Shown here in pieces: positions 51,459 through 60,634 of a DNA stretch of 64,000 nt. Origin of the DNA: an uncultured Actinomycetota bacterium (lineage in GTDB: Bacteria; Actinomycetota; Actinomycetes; JAHEKZ01); NCBI GenBank assembly GCA_963706045.1, contig CAVPLY010000007.1, positions 33,214 through 97,213 on the forward strand. Direction: 5' to 3'. Within the stretch, counting starts at the first letter, position 1. The number at the start of each line of letters is the position of its first letter. Under the pieces are notes generated by a model that saw only the letters and a program-made list of their open reading frames with translations, ran no database searches and was not told where the DNA came from. The position numbers were made by a program, and so were the translations under genes.

Positions 51459-52174
51459 GCGAGCGAGCCTTCGAGATTCACCATGCCCATCGAGACGTGA
51501 CCGGCGGATGGCTCCGACCTGCTGTGTTTGGCGCCAGCGACGGTCTGGTGTCGAACTTCGCCCTGATCGCAGGTGTCGCGGGAGGCGCGGCCGCGACCGG
51601 GGCCGACAGCAGTGCCGTGGTGATTGCCGGCCTGGCTGGCCTGGTGGCCGGGGCCGCTTCGATGGCGGCGGGCGAATACGTCAGCGTGGCGTCGCAGAGC
51701 GAGCTGGCCGAGGCAGAGATCGAGCTCGAACGCCGTGAGCTCGTCACTCGTCCTGAGGCTGAGCAGAAGGAGCTGGCCGAGACATTCCAGCGACGCGGGC
51801 TCTCCGAAGAACTGGCAGGGGAGGTGGCGCGTGAGCTCTCGCGTGACCCGGTGACCGCCCTGGAAGTGCACGTGCGTGAGGAGCTCGGGGTCGACGTGCA
51901 TGATCTGCCGTCGCCGATGACGGCGGCGGTATCGAGCTTCCTCTCGTTCAGCCTCGGCGCGCTGATCCCCTTGCTTCCCTACCTTTTCGGCGCGGAGTCA
52001 CTCGTTCCCGCGTTGGTGGTGTCGTTTGTCGCACTCTTCGGGGTCGGCGTTCTGGTCTCGCAGGTCACGGTGCGGACGTGGCTCTTCTCCGGCACCAGGC
52101 AGCTGCTCCTGGGGGTGGTAGCCGCCGGAGTCACCTACCTCGTCGGATCGCTGGTGGGCGCCGGTATCGGCTGA
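51455..52174 (+). CDS. VIT1/CCC1 family iron/manganese transporter
   Basis: WLRPAVFG.SDGLVSN, AGAASMAAGEYVSV, EELG and SF.LGA.IPLLP. Confidence 0.93.
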   Translation: MSERAFEIHHAHRDVTGGWLRPAVFGASDGLVSNFALIAGVAGGAAATGADSSAVVIAGLAGLVAGAASMAAGEYVSVASQSELAEAEIELERRELVTRPEAEQKELAETFQRRGLSEELAGEVARELSRDPVTALEVHVREELGVDVHDLPSPMTAAVSSFLSFSLGALIPLLPYLFGAESLVPALVVSFVALFGVGVLVSQVTVRTWLFSGTRQLLLGVVAAGVTYLVGSLVGAGIG

Positions 52175-53467
52175 GCCAGGAGTCGTGGACGGGTAGCGGA
52201 GTCTTTGCTTACTCGGCGGGACCAGGCACCAGCACTCGCCGATCTTCTGAAACTGCCACCCGGCGTCGTGGACCTTTCGGTGGTGGGTACGACACAGCAA
52301 GACAAGATTGTCGAGTGATGTCGAGCCACCTTCTGCCCAGTGCACGATGTGGTGCGCCTCGGTCCACGCGGGTGGGCGGTCGCAGCCCTCGGCGACGCAG
52401 CCCCGGTCGCGCACGATGAGAGCGTTTCTGAGCTGGGGAGGAACCGAACGGGTGGTGCGACCAACATCGAGGGGCTGAGAGGGAGGGTCGACGACGACCC
52501 GGGTGATCTCGGCATCGCAGGCCAGGCGCTTGGTGGCCTCGTTCGTCAGGGGACCGGTCCATGCCACCTCGGCCACCTCCGTCGAGGCGGTGCCGTCGGA
52601 GCCGGCGCCAGTGATCACGCTCAGAGGAGTGGTGACCAGCAGGTGTGGCCGCACTCCGCCGGAAGCACCTGTGTGCCCGGTGTCCAGAGCATGACCGCAG
52701 ATGTCGACGAGGGCATCAGCGCGCCGCTGCCCTGAGCTTCTGTGGTCGTCGGGTCCGCACGGTGCGGTGGCTGCGCTGAGTGCTGTGAGGAGCACGGCGC
52801 CAGCCTCGCGGTCGAGCAGGCCGTCAACGCTGACCATTCCATCGATGGTGGTGGAGGTGGTGAGCCACCGACGTTCATGGGCACGCTGCGCGTCGAGCAG
52901 GGCGCCATCTGGGTCAGCGATCTGTCGGACACGACTGGCAAAGCCGGTGAGCGAACCGGCGTCGACGGCACGTCCTACCTCCAGCATGACCGACTCGACG
53001 TTGCCGACCGTTTCGGCCTGCTCATCTGGTGGCGCGCTGTCCCCGACGGTCCGTGCAGTGCGCGCAATCGTGCGCGCGTGGTGGATGGTGACCTCGCCGT
53101 TGGCGAGCGCTTGCCGGGTGGCAGGAAGGGTCGATTGCAGCGACTGAGCCGTACGGACAAGGTCGGCAGCCTGCCCGGAGGGCAGACCGGTGTGGTGGCG
53201 TAGCCATGCCGCCGTGCTGTTTCCGAAGTCCCGTGGCGCGACGCCGTTGGCGTCGACGCGGGCTAGGCGGGTCAACGCCATGCTGTGGAGGCGACTGATG
53301 GCGATGAACAACGAGATGACCTCATCGGCGAGCAGGCGAGAGGGAGCGAGCTCGGTGTCGAGCGCCTGTGCTGTGGCAACCGCCGACGCCAAGGGCGAGA
53401 GCCTGGGTGCCTCGACGACGGCGCGAGGACGGAGGCCGAGGGGACTTTGGGGAACGCGCTGGGTCAT
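51998..53467 (-). CDS. DUF222 + HNH endonuclease (13E12-repeat family) protein
   Basis: GEVT..H, D.R...QRRADALV, RLACDA, LDVGR..R, RDRGC...GC..P..W.EAHH..HW..GG.T.LDNL.LLC..HH..VH; GGAG RBS. Confidence 0.88.
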   Translation of the reverse strand: MTQRVPQSPLGLRPRAVVEAPRLSPLASAVATAQALDTELAPSRLLADEVISLFIAISRLHSMALTRLARVDANGVAPRDFGNSTAAWLRHHTGLPSGQAADLVRTAQSLQSTLPATRQALANGEVTIHHARTIARTARTVGDSAPPDEQAETVGNVESVMLEVGRAVDAGSLTGFASRVRQIADPDGALLDAQRAHERRWLTTSTTIDGMVSVDGLLDREAGAVLLTALSAATAPCGPDDHRSSGQRRADALVDICGHALDTGHTGASGGVRPHLLVTTPLSVITGAGSDGTASTEVAEVAWTGPLTNEATKRLACDAEITRVVVDPPSQPLDVGRTTRSVPPQLRNALIVRDRGCVAEGCDRPPAWTEAHHIVHWAEGGSTSLDNLVLLCRTHHRKVHDAGWQFQKIGECWCLVPPSKQRLRYPSTTPGSADTGAHQRSDEVGDSGGYHPQEQLPGAGEEPRPHRDLRDQNADPEECDKRHHQRGNE

Positions 53468-53604
53468 GAGTACTCCGCGGAGAGAAGGGGCCCGGTATGC
53501 CGTTCCGGGGGGGACGACTCGCCGTGGCTCAACGACTCACGCGGTGGCGCTCGCGACCTCGCGACAGGGGTGCGGATCGGTCGGTTGAGCGCCCCTCGAC
53601 TCTA

Positions 53605-53620
53605 TCGAACACACGTTCGA
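53605..53620. promoter_or_regulatory. LexA SOS box
   Basis: TCGAAC-ACAC-GTTCGA, an exact match to the actinobacterial TCGAAC-N4-GTTCGA. Confidence 0.88.
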
Positions 53621-53686
53621 AGAGCAAGTATTGGACACGTTGGCCGCCTGTCTGGTGACAGGCGCTGAATCGGTAGGGTTCGGCCC

Positions 53687-55162
53687 ATGCGCCGCGCCAA
53701 GATAGTTGCCACGCTCGGTCCGGCCTCCAGCACCTTGGGCACCGTTACCGCCCTCGTTGAGTCTGGGCTTGACGTGGCCCGGATCAACCTCAGCCATGGC
53801 ACCCACGCCGACCATGCCCGCTCGGTGGCCCTCGTTCGTCAGGCAGCCGAGGCGACGGGGCGTGCCGTCGGTGTCCTCGCTGACCTGCAGGGTCCCAAGA
53901 TCCGGCTCGGACGCTTCGCCAGCGGGTCGGTGCTGCTGCGGCCGGGCGCCGAGTTCGTCATCACCGCAGAAGACGTTCCGGGCGACCAGCACACGGTGTC
54001 GACGACCCACCTCGGGCTGGCCAATGACGTCTCGGTGGGCGACCCGATTCTCATCGACGACGGGCGCGTCCTCCTGCGGGTGAAAGAAGTGAACGGTCCA
54101 GCTGTCGTCACGACCGTCATCGAGGGAGGCACCCTCTCCGACGCCAAAGGAATCAACCTCCCGGGTGCCATGGTCAGCGTGCCTGCCGTCTCTGACAAGG
54201 ACGTTGACGATCTGCGCTGGGCCCTGGCCAGCGGCGTCGACCTGGTGGCGCTGTCCTTCGTGCGAACGGCCGAGGACGTCCGCCCCGTTCTGGACGTCAT
54301 GGACGACGAGGGCATCCATCGGCCGGTCATCGCAAAGATCGAGAAGCCGCAGGCGGTTGCGCATCTGCCTCAGATTCTCGATGCGTTCGACGGCATCATG
54401 GTGGCGCGCGGGGACCTTGGAGTTGAGCTTCCTCTCGAACAGGTTCCGTTGGTGCAGAAGCGAGCGGTCTCCTTGGCTCGCGAAAAGGGCAAGCCGGTCA
54501 TCGTCGCGACCCAGATGCTTGAGTCGATGATCAGCGCCTCCCGTCCGACGCGAGCCGAGGCCTCGGATGTCGCCAATGCGATTCTCGACGGCGCTGACGC
54601 GGTGATGTTGTCGGGTGAGACGAGCATCGGCCGATTTCCCATTGAGTCCGTCCAGACGATGGGCCGCATCATCGAGTCGATTGAGGACACCGCCCTCGAC
54701 CGGATCCCCAGGATCGAGGGCGCCCCCACAGACAAGGGCGACGCGATCTGCCGAGCGGCGGTGCACGTCGCCAATCAACTCGGTGCGAAGTTCCTTGTGG
54801 CGTTCACCGAGACAGGGCAGACGCCCACTGTGCTGGCGCGATATCGCTCATCGGTGCCTTTGCTTGCGTTCACCCCCGACCCTCAAGTGCGTAACCAGCT
54901 CGCCCTCACATGGGGCGTCGAGAGCTACTTGGTCGCCCAAGTCACGCATACCGACCACATGGTTCGGCAGGTTGAGGCGCGACTCCTTGAGTTCGACCGT
55001 TGCTCAATCGGTGATCATGTGACCATCGTCGCTGGAAGCCCACCTGGAATCCCTGGGTCCACCAACGCGATGCGTGTTCACCGCATCGGCGATGCCGCCG
55101 GGGGAGTCGCGCCGGCGTATGCGGAGGTGCTGGACGACGACGCGATTGGCTATCCGCGCTAG
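53687..55162 (+). CDS. pyk: Pyruvate kinase
   Basis: MRRAKIVATLGP, ARINLSHG, DLQGPKIR, AKIE, MVARGDLG, ATQMLESM and DAVMLSGE. Confidence 0.98.
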   Translation: MRRAKIVATLGPASSTLGTVTALVESGLDVARINLSHGTHADHARSVALVRQAAEATGRAVGVLADLQGPKIRLGRFASGSVLLRPGAEFVITAEDVPGDQHTVSTTHLGLANDVSVGDPILIDDGRVLLRVKEVNGPAVVTTVIEGGTLSDAKGINLPGAMVSVPAVSDKDVDDLRWALASGVDLVALSFVRTAEDVRPVLDVMDDEGIHRPVIAKIEKPQAVAHLPQILDAFDGIMVARGDLGVELPLEQVPLVQKRAVSLAREKGKPVIVATQMLESMISASRPTRAEASDVANAILDGADAVMLSGETSIGRFPIESVQTMGRIIESIEDTALDRIPRIEGAPTDKGDAICRAAVHVANQLGAKFLVAFTETGQTPTVLARYRSSVPLLAFTPDPQVRNQLALTWGVESYLVAQVTHTDHMVRQVEARLLEFDRCSIGDHVTIVAGSPPGIPGSTNAMRVHRIGDAAGGVAPAYAEVLDDDAIGYPR

Positions 55163-55650
55163 TCCAGCGGCAGTGCGCGCCGTGCTTCGGGGTTGAGCAC
55201 GCCCCAGGCGATGAGCTGCTCGGTCAACGCCCCCGGCGACTGGTCATAGATGACGGCCAACGTGCGCAAGTCTTCCTGGCGGATCGACAGGATGCGTCCG
55301 TTGTAGTCGCCGCGCTGGCTCTGGATGGTCTGGGCGTACCGGGCCAGTGGTCCGGCCTTCTCGGCGGGCACCTGGTTCAGCTGCTCGAGGTCGATCACCA
55401 GCCGCGGCGGTGGTTCGGCGGCGGCCGCTGGACTGTTGTCGGGGAGGAGCTCACTCACCGGCACCCCGTAGAAGTCGGCGAGCTCGGCCAGCTTCTGCAC
55501 GGTGACCGCTCGGTCGCCGCGCTCGTACGAGCCGACGACGACCGCTTTCCATCGCTCGTTCGACTTCTCTTCGACGCCGTGAAGCGACAGACCCTGCTGC
55601 TGACGGATGGCTCGGAGCCTGGCTCCGAGCGCCTTCGCGTAATCAGTCAC
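55159..55650 (-). CDS. bldD: c-di-GMP-binding transcriptional regulator BldD
   Basis: YAK.LG..LRAIR.QQGLSLHGVEEKS..RWKAVVVGSYERGDRAVTVQ; RGD-X8-RQED c-di-GMP motif; divergent from pyrR. Confidence 0.96.
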   Translation of the reverse strand: MTDYAKALGARLRAIRQQQGLSLHGVEEKSNERWKAVVVGSYERGDRAVTVQKLAELADFYGVPVSELLPDNSPAAAAEPPPRLVIDLEQLNQVPAEKAGPLARYAQTIQSQRGDYNGRILSIRQEDLRTLAVIYDQSPGALTEQLIAWGVLNPEARRALPLD

Positions 55651-55793
55651 TGCGTGCCCTTCGTTCGGGCCCGGCTGATGCCGGGCGTCCCCCCGAGTGC
55701 TCCGGCCGATGACACCGCACTTTCGGTGCAGCTCGTCTCGGTCGTCGTCACTCCGGCCCTGCCTGTGCCCTCTGGCGCCCCGAACGCGAAGCG

Positions 55794-55823
55794 GTCACGC
55801 TGAGTAGCGTTACGGAGAGTCAC
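55794..55823. promoter_or_regulatory. Tandem BldD boxes (autoregulation)
   Basis: GTCACGCTGAGTAGC (55794-55808) and GTTACGGAGAGTCAC (55809-55823) fit NTNACNCWGNGTNAN with one mismatch each. Confidence 0.75.
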
Positions 55824-56043
55824 TGCCCCGTCAAGCGGTTCGCGGCAATCTGTCCCATTGGCGCACGAGAATCCCCCGAATGGCCGGTCAGGATCGGTTG
55901 CGGAGAGTGGCCTTCTGTGCGGGTCAACTCGTTGGCGACTCGGTGAACGTCCACGATCTGGAGTGGGATGGCCACTCTCGGTGATCGCCGATGAGCCCCC
56001 GTTGGGGCCTGCGGCGGGTTCGCTAGGGTGAGGGCGTTCGACA

Positions 56044-56076
56044 TCCTTTAAGTCCGTCCGGTGAGGCGGGGAAGGA
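56044..56076 (+). promoter_or_regulatory. PyrR-binding RNA stem-loop
   Basis: UCCUUUAAGUCC-GUCCGGUGAGGC-GGGGAAGGA matches the PyrR loop consensus (UUUAA...GUCCNGNGAGGC) and overlaps the AAGGAGG SD of pyrR. Confidence 0.88.
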
Positions 56077-56084
56077 GGTCCGCC

Positions 56085-56681
56085 ATGGTTCGGTCCGACT
56101 CCGAAGACGAGGCCCGCGAGGTCCTCGACGCCGACGACGTCCAACGTGCGCTGACCCGTATTGCCCACGAGGTGCTCGAGCGCAACAAGGGCGCTCAGTC
56201 GGTGATTCTTCTCGGCATTCCCACTCGTGGGGTACCACTCGCTCGCCGGCTGGCAGAGCGCATCGGCGAGGTCGAGGGTCGAACAATTCCCCATGGCTCG
56301 CTCGACATCACGATGTTCCGTGACGACCTGAGAATGCGCCCAGCGCGCGGCCTCGGCCGCACCGAACTGCCTGACGGCGGCATCGATGACGCGGTCGTCG
56401 TGCTCGTCGACGACGTGCTCTTCTCGGGTCGCTCGATCCGGGCTGCCCTTGACGCGCTCGGCGAGTTGGGACGCCCTCGCGCAGTGCAGCTAGCGGTTCT
56501 CGTCGACCGCGGGCATCGGCAGTTCCCGATTCGTGCCGACTACGTGGGCAAGAACCTTCCGACCTCTACCCGCGAGAGCGTGCAGGTGCTGCTCGTTGAA
56601 CACGATGGCCGCGACGCGGTGCTCATCGGCGGGAGCGACGGAACGCACGATCCCTCGGCCGAAGGTGGCGAGACCGCATGA
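56085..56681 (+). CDS. pyrR: Pyrimidine operon regulator / uracil phosphoribosyltransferase PyrR
   Basis: RIAHE..E, GIPTRG, LDIT.FRDD, VDDVL.SGR and [15 protein letters not shown]. Confidence 0.97.
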   Translation: MVRSDSEDEAREVLDADDVQRALTRIAHEVLERNKGAQSVILLGIPTRGVPLARRLAERIGEVEGRTIPHGSLDITMFRDDLRMRPARGLGRTELPDGGIDDAVVVLVDDVLFSGRSIRAALDALGELGRPRAVQLAVLVDRGHRQFPIRADYVGKNLPTSTRESVQVLLVEHDGRDAVLIGGSDGTHDPSAEGGETA

Positions 56682-57619
56682 CGCGGCACTTGTTGTCGGC
56701 TGCTGATCTCACGCGTGACGATGCGACGCTCATTCTCGACACAGCCGACGAGCTGGCCCGGGTCTCGGACCGTCCGGTCAAGAAGCTTCCGACGTTGCGC
56801 GGCCGCACTGTGGTCAACCTTTTCTTCGAGGACTCCACCCGCACCCGCATCTCGTTCGAGGCTGCGGCCAAGCGTCTGTCCGCCGACGTCATCAACTTCA
56901 GCGCCAAGGGCTCGAGCGTGTCCAAGGGTGAGAGCCTCAAGGACACCGCGTTGACATTGGAGGCGATGGGGGCCGATGCCGTGGTGATCCGTCACCCGGC
57001 GAGCGGCGCTCCGCACACTCTGGCTCATTCCGGATGGATCGGTGGCTCGATCGTCAACGCCGGGGACGGTACGCACGAGCACCCGACGCAGGCACTCCTG
57101 GACGCCTTCACCATGCGGCGTCATCTGTCGTCGTTGGAGGGACGCAAGATCGTCATCGTCGGCGATGTCTTGCACAGTCGAGTTGCCCGGTCGAATGTCC
57201 TGCTGCTCTCGACCCTCGGCGCCGATGTCACGGTCGTTGCGCCGCCCACACTCCTGCCGGTCGGTGTTGACCGGTGGCCGTGCGCCTACTCGTACGAACT
57301 CGACGCCAGCCTCGAGGGCGCCGACGCGGTCATGATGCTCCGCGTGCAGCGTGAACGCATGAACGCCGCGTTCTTCCCGAGTGAGCGCGAGTACTCACGG
57401 CGATACGGACTCGACGCTGAACGCATGGCACGACTACCCGACGAGGCGATCATCATGCACCCGGGGCCGATGAACCGGGGGCTCGAGATCACTGCGGCGG
57501 TCGCTGACTCCGATCGCGCCGTGATTGTCGAGCAGGTCACGAATGGAGTCAGTGTGCGCATGGCCGTCCTGTACCTGTTGCTCGGTGGCAGCGACTCGGC
57601 TCTCGGTGGTGTCGAATGA
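56678..57619 (+). CDS. pyrB: Aspartate carbamoyltransferase catalytic subunit
   Basis: [21 protein letters not shown] and MHPGP. Confidence 0.98.
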   Translation: MTRHLLSAADLTRDDATLILDTADELARVSDRPVKKLPTLRGRTVVNLFFEDSTRTRISFEAAAKRLSADVINFSAKGSSVSKGESLKDTALTLEAMGADAVVIRHPASGAPHTLAHSGWIGGSIVNAGDGTHEHPTQALLDAFTMRRHLSSLEGRKIVIVGDVLHSRVARSNVLLLSTLGADVTVVAPPTLLPVGVDRWPCAYSYELDASLEGADAVMMLRVQRERMNAAFFPSEREYSRRYGLDAERMARLPDEAIIMHPGPMNRGLEITAAVADSDRAVIVEQVTNGVSVRMAVLYLLLGGSDSALGGVE

Positions 57620-58941
57620 GCGACAAGACCGACAAGACATCGTCGACGTCCTACCTGATCAAAGGCGCACGTGTCCTCGGTGGAGAACCCATCGACATGC
57701 TGCTGGCCGACGGTGTCGTGGCGGGGCTGGGGGCCGACGCTGCTCGATCAGCTGAGTCCGATGTCGAGACGGTAGATGCGTCCGGGCTCATAGCGCTGCC
57801 AGGGCTCGTCGACCTCCACACCCACCTGCGTGAACCGGGCCGTGAAGACGCAGAGACTGTCGACTCAGGATCCGCGGCAGCCGCTGTCGGCGGGTTCACG
57901 GCCGTGCACGCCATGGCCAACACTGATCCGGTGGCAGACACGGCGGGCGTCGTTGAGCAGGTCTGGCACCTGGGACGTCGAGCCGGGCTCTGCGACGTTC
58001 ACCCGGTCGGTGCCGTGACTGTAGGGCTTGGTGGCAGCCAGCTCGCAGAACTGGGGGCCATGGCTGAGTCGGCTGCTCGCGTTCGCATGTTCTCTGATGA
58101 CGGCAAGTGTGTCTCCGATGCCGTCCTGATGCGCCGGGCGCTTGAGTACGTGAAGGCCTTTGACGGAGTCGTGGCCCAACACGCGCAAGAGCCTCGCCTG
58201 ACCGAGGCTGCGCAGATGAACGAGGGGTCGGTCTCAGCGGTGCTCGGACTGCGGGGTTGGCCAGCGGTGGCTGAGGAGTCGATAATCGCCCGAGACGTTC
58301 TGCTGGCCGGACACGTGGGGTCCCGCCTCCACGTCTGCCACGTCTCGACGGCCGGTTCGGTCGAGATCCTGCGGTGGGCAAAGGGCAGGGGCATTGATGT
58401 CACGGCCGAAGTCACTCCGCATCATCTTTTCCTCACCGATGAGAATGTGCGCAGCTACGATCCACGCTTCAAGGTCAACCCGCCGCTTCGTACCCAAGAC
58501 GATGTCGACGCACTACGCCAAGGGCTGGCCGATGGCACCATCGACGCCGTTGCCACTGACCATGCCCCCCACAGCCTTGAAGACAAGGACTGTGAGTGGG
58601 CGGCAGCGGCCATGGGCATGACCGGGTTGGAAACCGCGGTGGGGATTGTTGCTGCTGCCATGGTCGACACCGGCCTGCTCGACTGGGCAGGTGTCGCCGA
58701 CCGGATGTCACGACGACCGGCACGGATCGGCCGTCTCGCCGGGCAGGGGCGACCGATCGACGTCGGTGAACCGGCCAACGTCACGCTCATCGACGTCGAG
58801 ACGCGTTACACCGTCGACCCGAAGGCCATGGCGTCGCGTAGCCGCAACACCCCTTACGCCGGTCAAGCCCTCAGCGCGCGTCCGGTCGCCACCTTTCTTC
58901 GTGGGCGGCTCACGGCAAGCGAGGGAGTAGTGCGCAGGTGA
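57616..58941 (+). CDS. pyrC: Dihydroorotase
   Basis: [22 protein letters not shown] and ATDHAPH. Confidence 0.97.
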   Translation: MSDKTDKTSSTSYLIKGARVLGGEPIDMLLADGVVAGLGADAARSAESDVETVDASGLIALPGLVDLHTHLREPGREDAETVDSGSAAAAVGGFTAVHAMANTDPVADTAGVVEQVWHLGRRAGLCDVHPVGAVTVGLGGSQLAELGAMAESAARVRMFSDDGKCVSDAVLMRRALEYVKAFDGVVAQHAQEPRLTEAAQMNEGSVSAVLGLRGWPAVAEESIIARDVLLAGHVGSRLHVCHVSTAGSVEILRWAKGRGIDVTAEVTPHHLFLTDENVRSYDPRFKVNPPLRTQDDVDALRQGLADGTIDAVATDHAPHSLEDKDCEWAAAAMGMTGLETAVGIVAAAMVDTGLLDWAGVADRMSRRPARIGRLAGQGRPIDVGEPANVTLIDVETRYTVDPKAMASRSRNTPYAGQALSARPVATFLRGRLTASEGVVRR

Positions 58942-59522
58942 CCCAGCTGGTCCAGGTCGTCTCCGCCGCGTCCGTCACCGACTGGCCGCAACGCCTTGCG
59001 CTGACCCTCCTGATGGGCGTTCTCGTCGTCACTGTCCTCGGACTCATGCGCTGGGGGTGGGTCCGGCGGGCAGGACGTCAGTCAGACGTCGCCCCCCTGC
59101 CTGCAATGCCCCCCGCGCCGGCCGTTGTCGACGGGCAGGTCGGGGCCCCGGTGTCGGCCAAGGGACGCTACCTCGGTGCGACGCGGTCCGGTGACTGGTT
59201 GGACCGCATCGTGGTGCACGGCCTGGGTGTCCCTAGCAAGGCTCATCTCGTGGCTTCCGGGCAGGGTCTGTGGATTCTTCGCGACGGGGCGCCAGATCTG
59301 TTCATCGCGGCCAGCGACGTGGCCGGTGTGCGACATGACCGGGCCAGCGCCGGCAGGGTTCTCGAGGCGGATGGTGTTCTGCTCATCACCTGGAACCACG
59401 GCGGCACGCTGATCGACATCGGGGTGCGCGTGCCCGATGCTGCGGTTGCCGAATCGGTGCGGTCGGCCATCGAGCTCGCGGCAGACATCTCGTCCACCAC
59501 CAACCAGGGAGACCTTGCGTGA
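58938..59522 (+). CDS. Conserved membrane-anchored protein (PH-like) between pyrC and carA
   Basis: TM, then W..R..RQ, G.Y.G.T..GDWLDRI..GLG and L.TW; conserved actinobacterial position. Confidence 0.85.
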   Translation: MTQLVQVVSAASVTDWPQRLALTLLMGVLVVTVLGLMRWGWVRRAGRQSDVAPLPAMPPAPAVVDGQVGAPVSAKGRYLGATRSGDWLDRIVVHGLGVPSKAHLVASGQGLWILRDGAPDLFIAASDVAGVRHDRASAGRVLEADGVLLITWNHGGTLIDIGVRVPDAAVAESVRSAIELAADISSTTNQGDLA

Positions 59523-60634
59523 CTGCACCCCAACCAGCCCTCCTGGTCCTTGAAGACGGCCGTGCCTTCCGCGGCGAGTCGCTGGGAGCGACCGGTGAGA
59601 CCTTCGGCGAGGCAGTGTTCTGCACCGCCATGACCGGCTATCAGGAAACACTCACCGACCCGTCGTACCACCGGCAGGTGGTGATCCAGACCGCACCACA
59701 GATAGGCAACACCGGTGTGAACGACGAAGACGACGAGTCATCGGCGATCTGGGTCAGCGGATACGTGGTGCGCGATCCATCGAGAGTTCGATCCAACTGG
59801 CGCTCCAGTGCTTCGTTGCAGCAGCGACTCAGCGAACAGAATGTCGTCGGCATCTCAGGTATCGACACCAGAGCGCTCACCCGGCATCTGCGCGAGCACG
59901 GGGCGATGCGGGTGGGGATCTCGACGGACACGAGCGAACCGGAGGTCCTGCTCGAACGGGTCAGGCAGAGCCCAGGCATGGCAGGAGCCGACCTCTGCGG
60001 CGAGGTGTCGACCAAGGCGCCATATGTGGTTCCAGCGCAGGGCAAGAAGCGGCACACGGTCGCGGCCATCGATCTCGGAATCAAGGCCATGACACCGCAG
60101 CGGATGGCCGAGCGGGGCATGGAGGTGCATGTGCTGCCGTCGAACAGCACCGTCAACGACGTGCAGGCGATCGGGGCTGATGGCGTCTTCTTCAGCAACG
60201 GCCCGGGTGATCCCTCGACTGCTGATGGGCCCGTGGCTCTCATGCGGGCGGTGCTGGAACGATCGATCCCGGTCTTCGGAATCTGCTTCGGTCACCAGGT
60301 ACTCGGTCGAGCCCTCGGCTTCGGCACCTACAAGTTGAAGTACGGACACCGCGGCATCAACCAGCCGGTGCAAGACCTGGCCACTGGCAAGGTCGAGATC
60401 AGCGCGCACAACCATGGGTTCGCAGTTGATGCTCCCCGGGAGGCTGCCACTGACACCCCGTTCGGGCGCGCAGAGGTCAGCCATGTCTGCCTCAACGACG
60501 ACGTGGTCGAGGGGCTCCGCCTGCTCGATGCTCCAGGCTTCAGCGTTCAGTACCACCCGGAGGCGGCCGCTGGTCCGCACGATTCGGCGTACCTCTTCGA
60601 CCGGTTCGCTGCCATGATGCGGGGAGAGCGCTGA
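59519..60634 (+). CDS. carA: Carbamoyl-phosphate synthase small subunit
   Basis: GE.VF.T.MTGYQE..TDPSY, SNGPGDP, GICFGHQ and QYHPEA..GPHD. Confidence 0.98.
   Translation: MTAPQPALLVLEDGRAFRGESLGATGETFGEAVFCTAMTGYQETLTDPSYHRQVVIQTAPQIGNTGVNDEDDESSAIWVSGYVVRDPSRVRSNWRSSASLQQRLSEQNVVGISGIDTRALTRHLREHGAMRVGISTDTSEPEVLLERVRQSPGMAGADLCGEVSTKAPYVVPAQGKKRHTVAAIDLGIKAMTPQRMAERGMEVHVLPSNSTVNDVQAIGADGVFFSNGPGDPSTADGPVALMRAVLERSIPVFGICFGHQVLGRALGFGTYKLKYGHRGINQPVQDLATGKVEISAHNHGFAVDAPREAATDTPFGRAEVSHVCLNDDVVEGLRLLDAPGFSVQYHPEAAAGPHDSAYLFDRFAAMMRGER

Noticed and set aside
53625-53665. PafBC/RecA-NDp promoter motif for the DUF222 gene
   Set aside because: TGTC half-sites are present but not at the required distance from a TANNNT box.
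55647-56294. 215-aa minus-strand ORF upstream of bldD
   Set aside because: Overlaps pyrR antisense, the PyrR element and the BldD boxes; composition is not protein-like.
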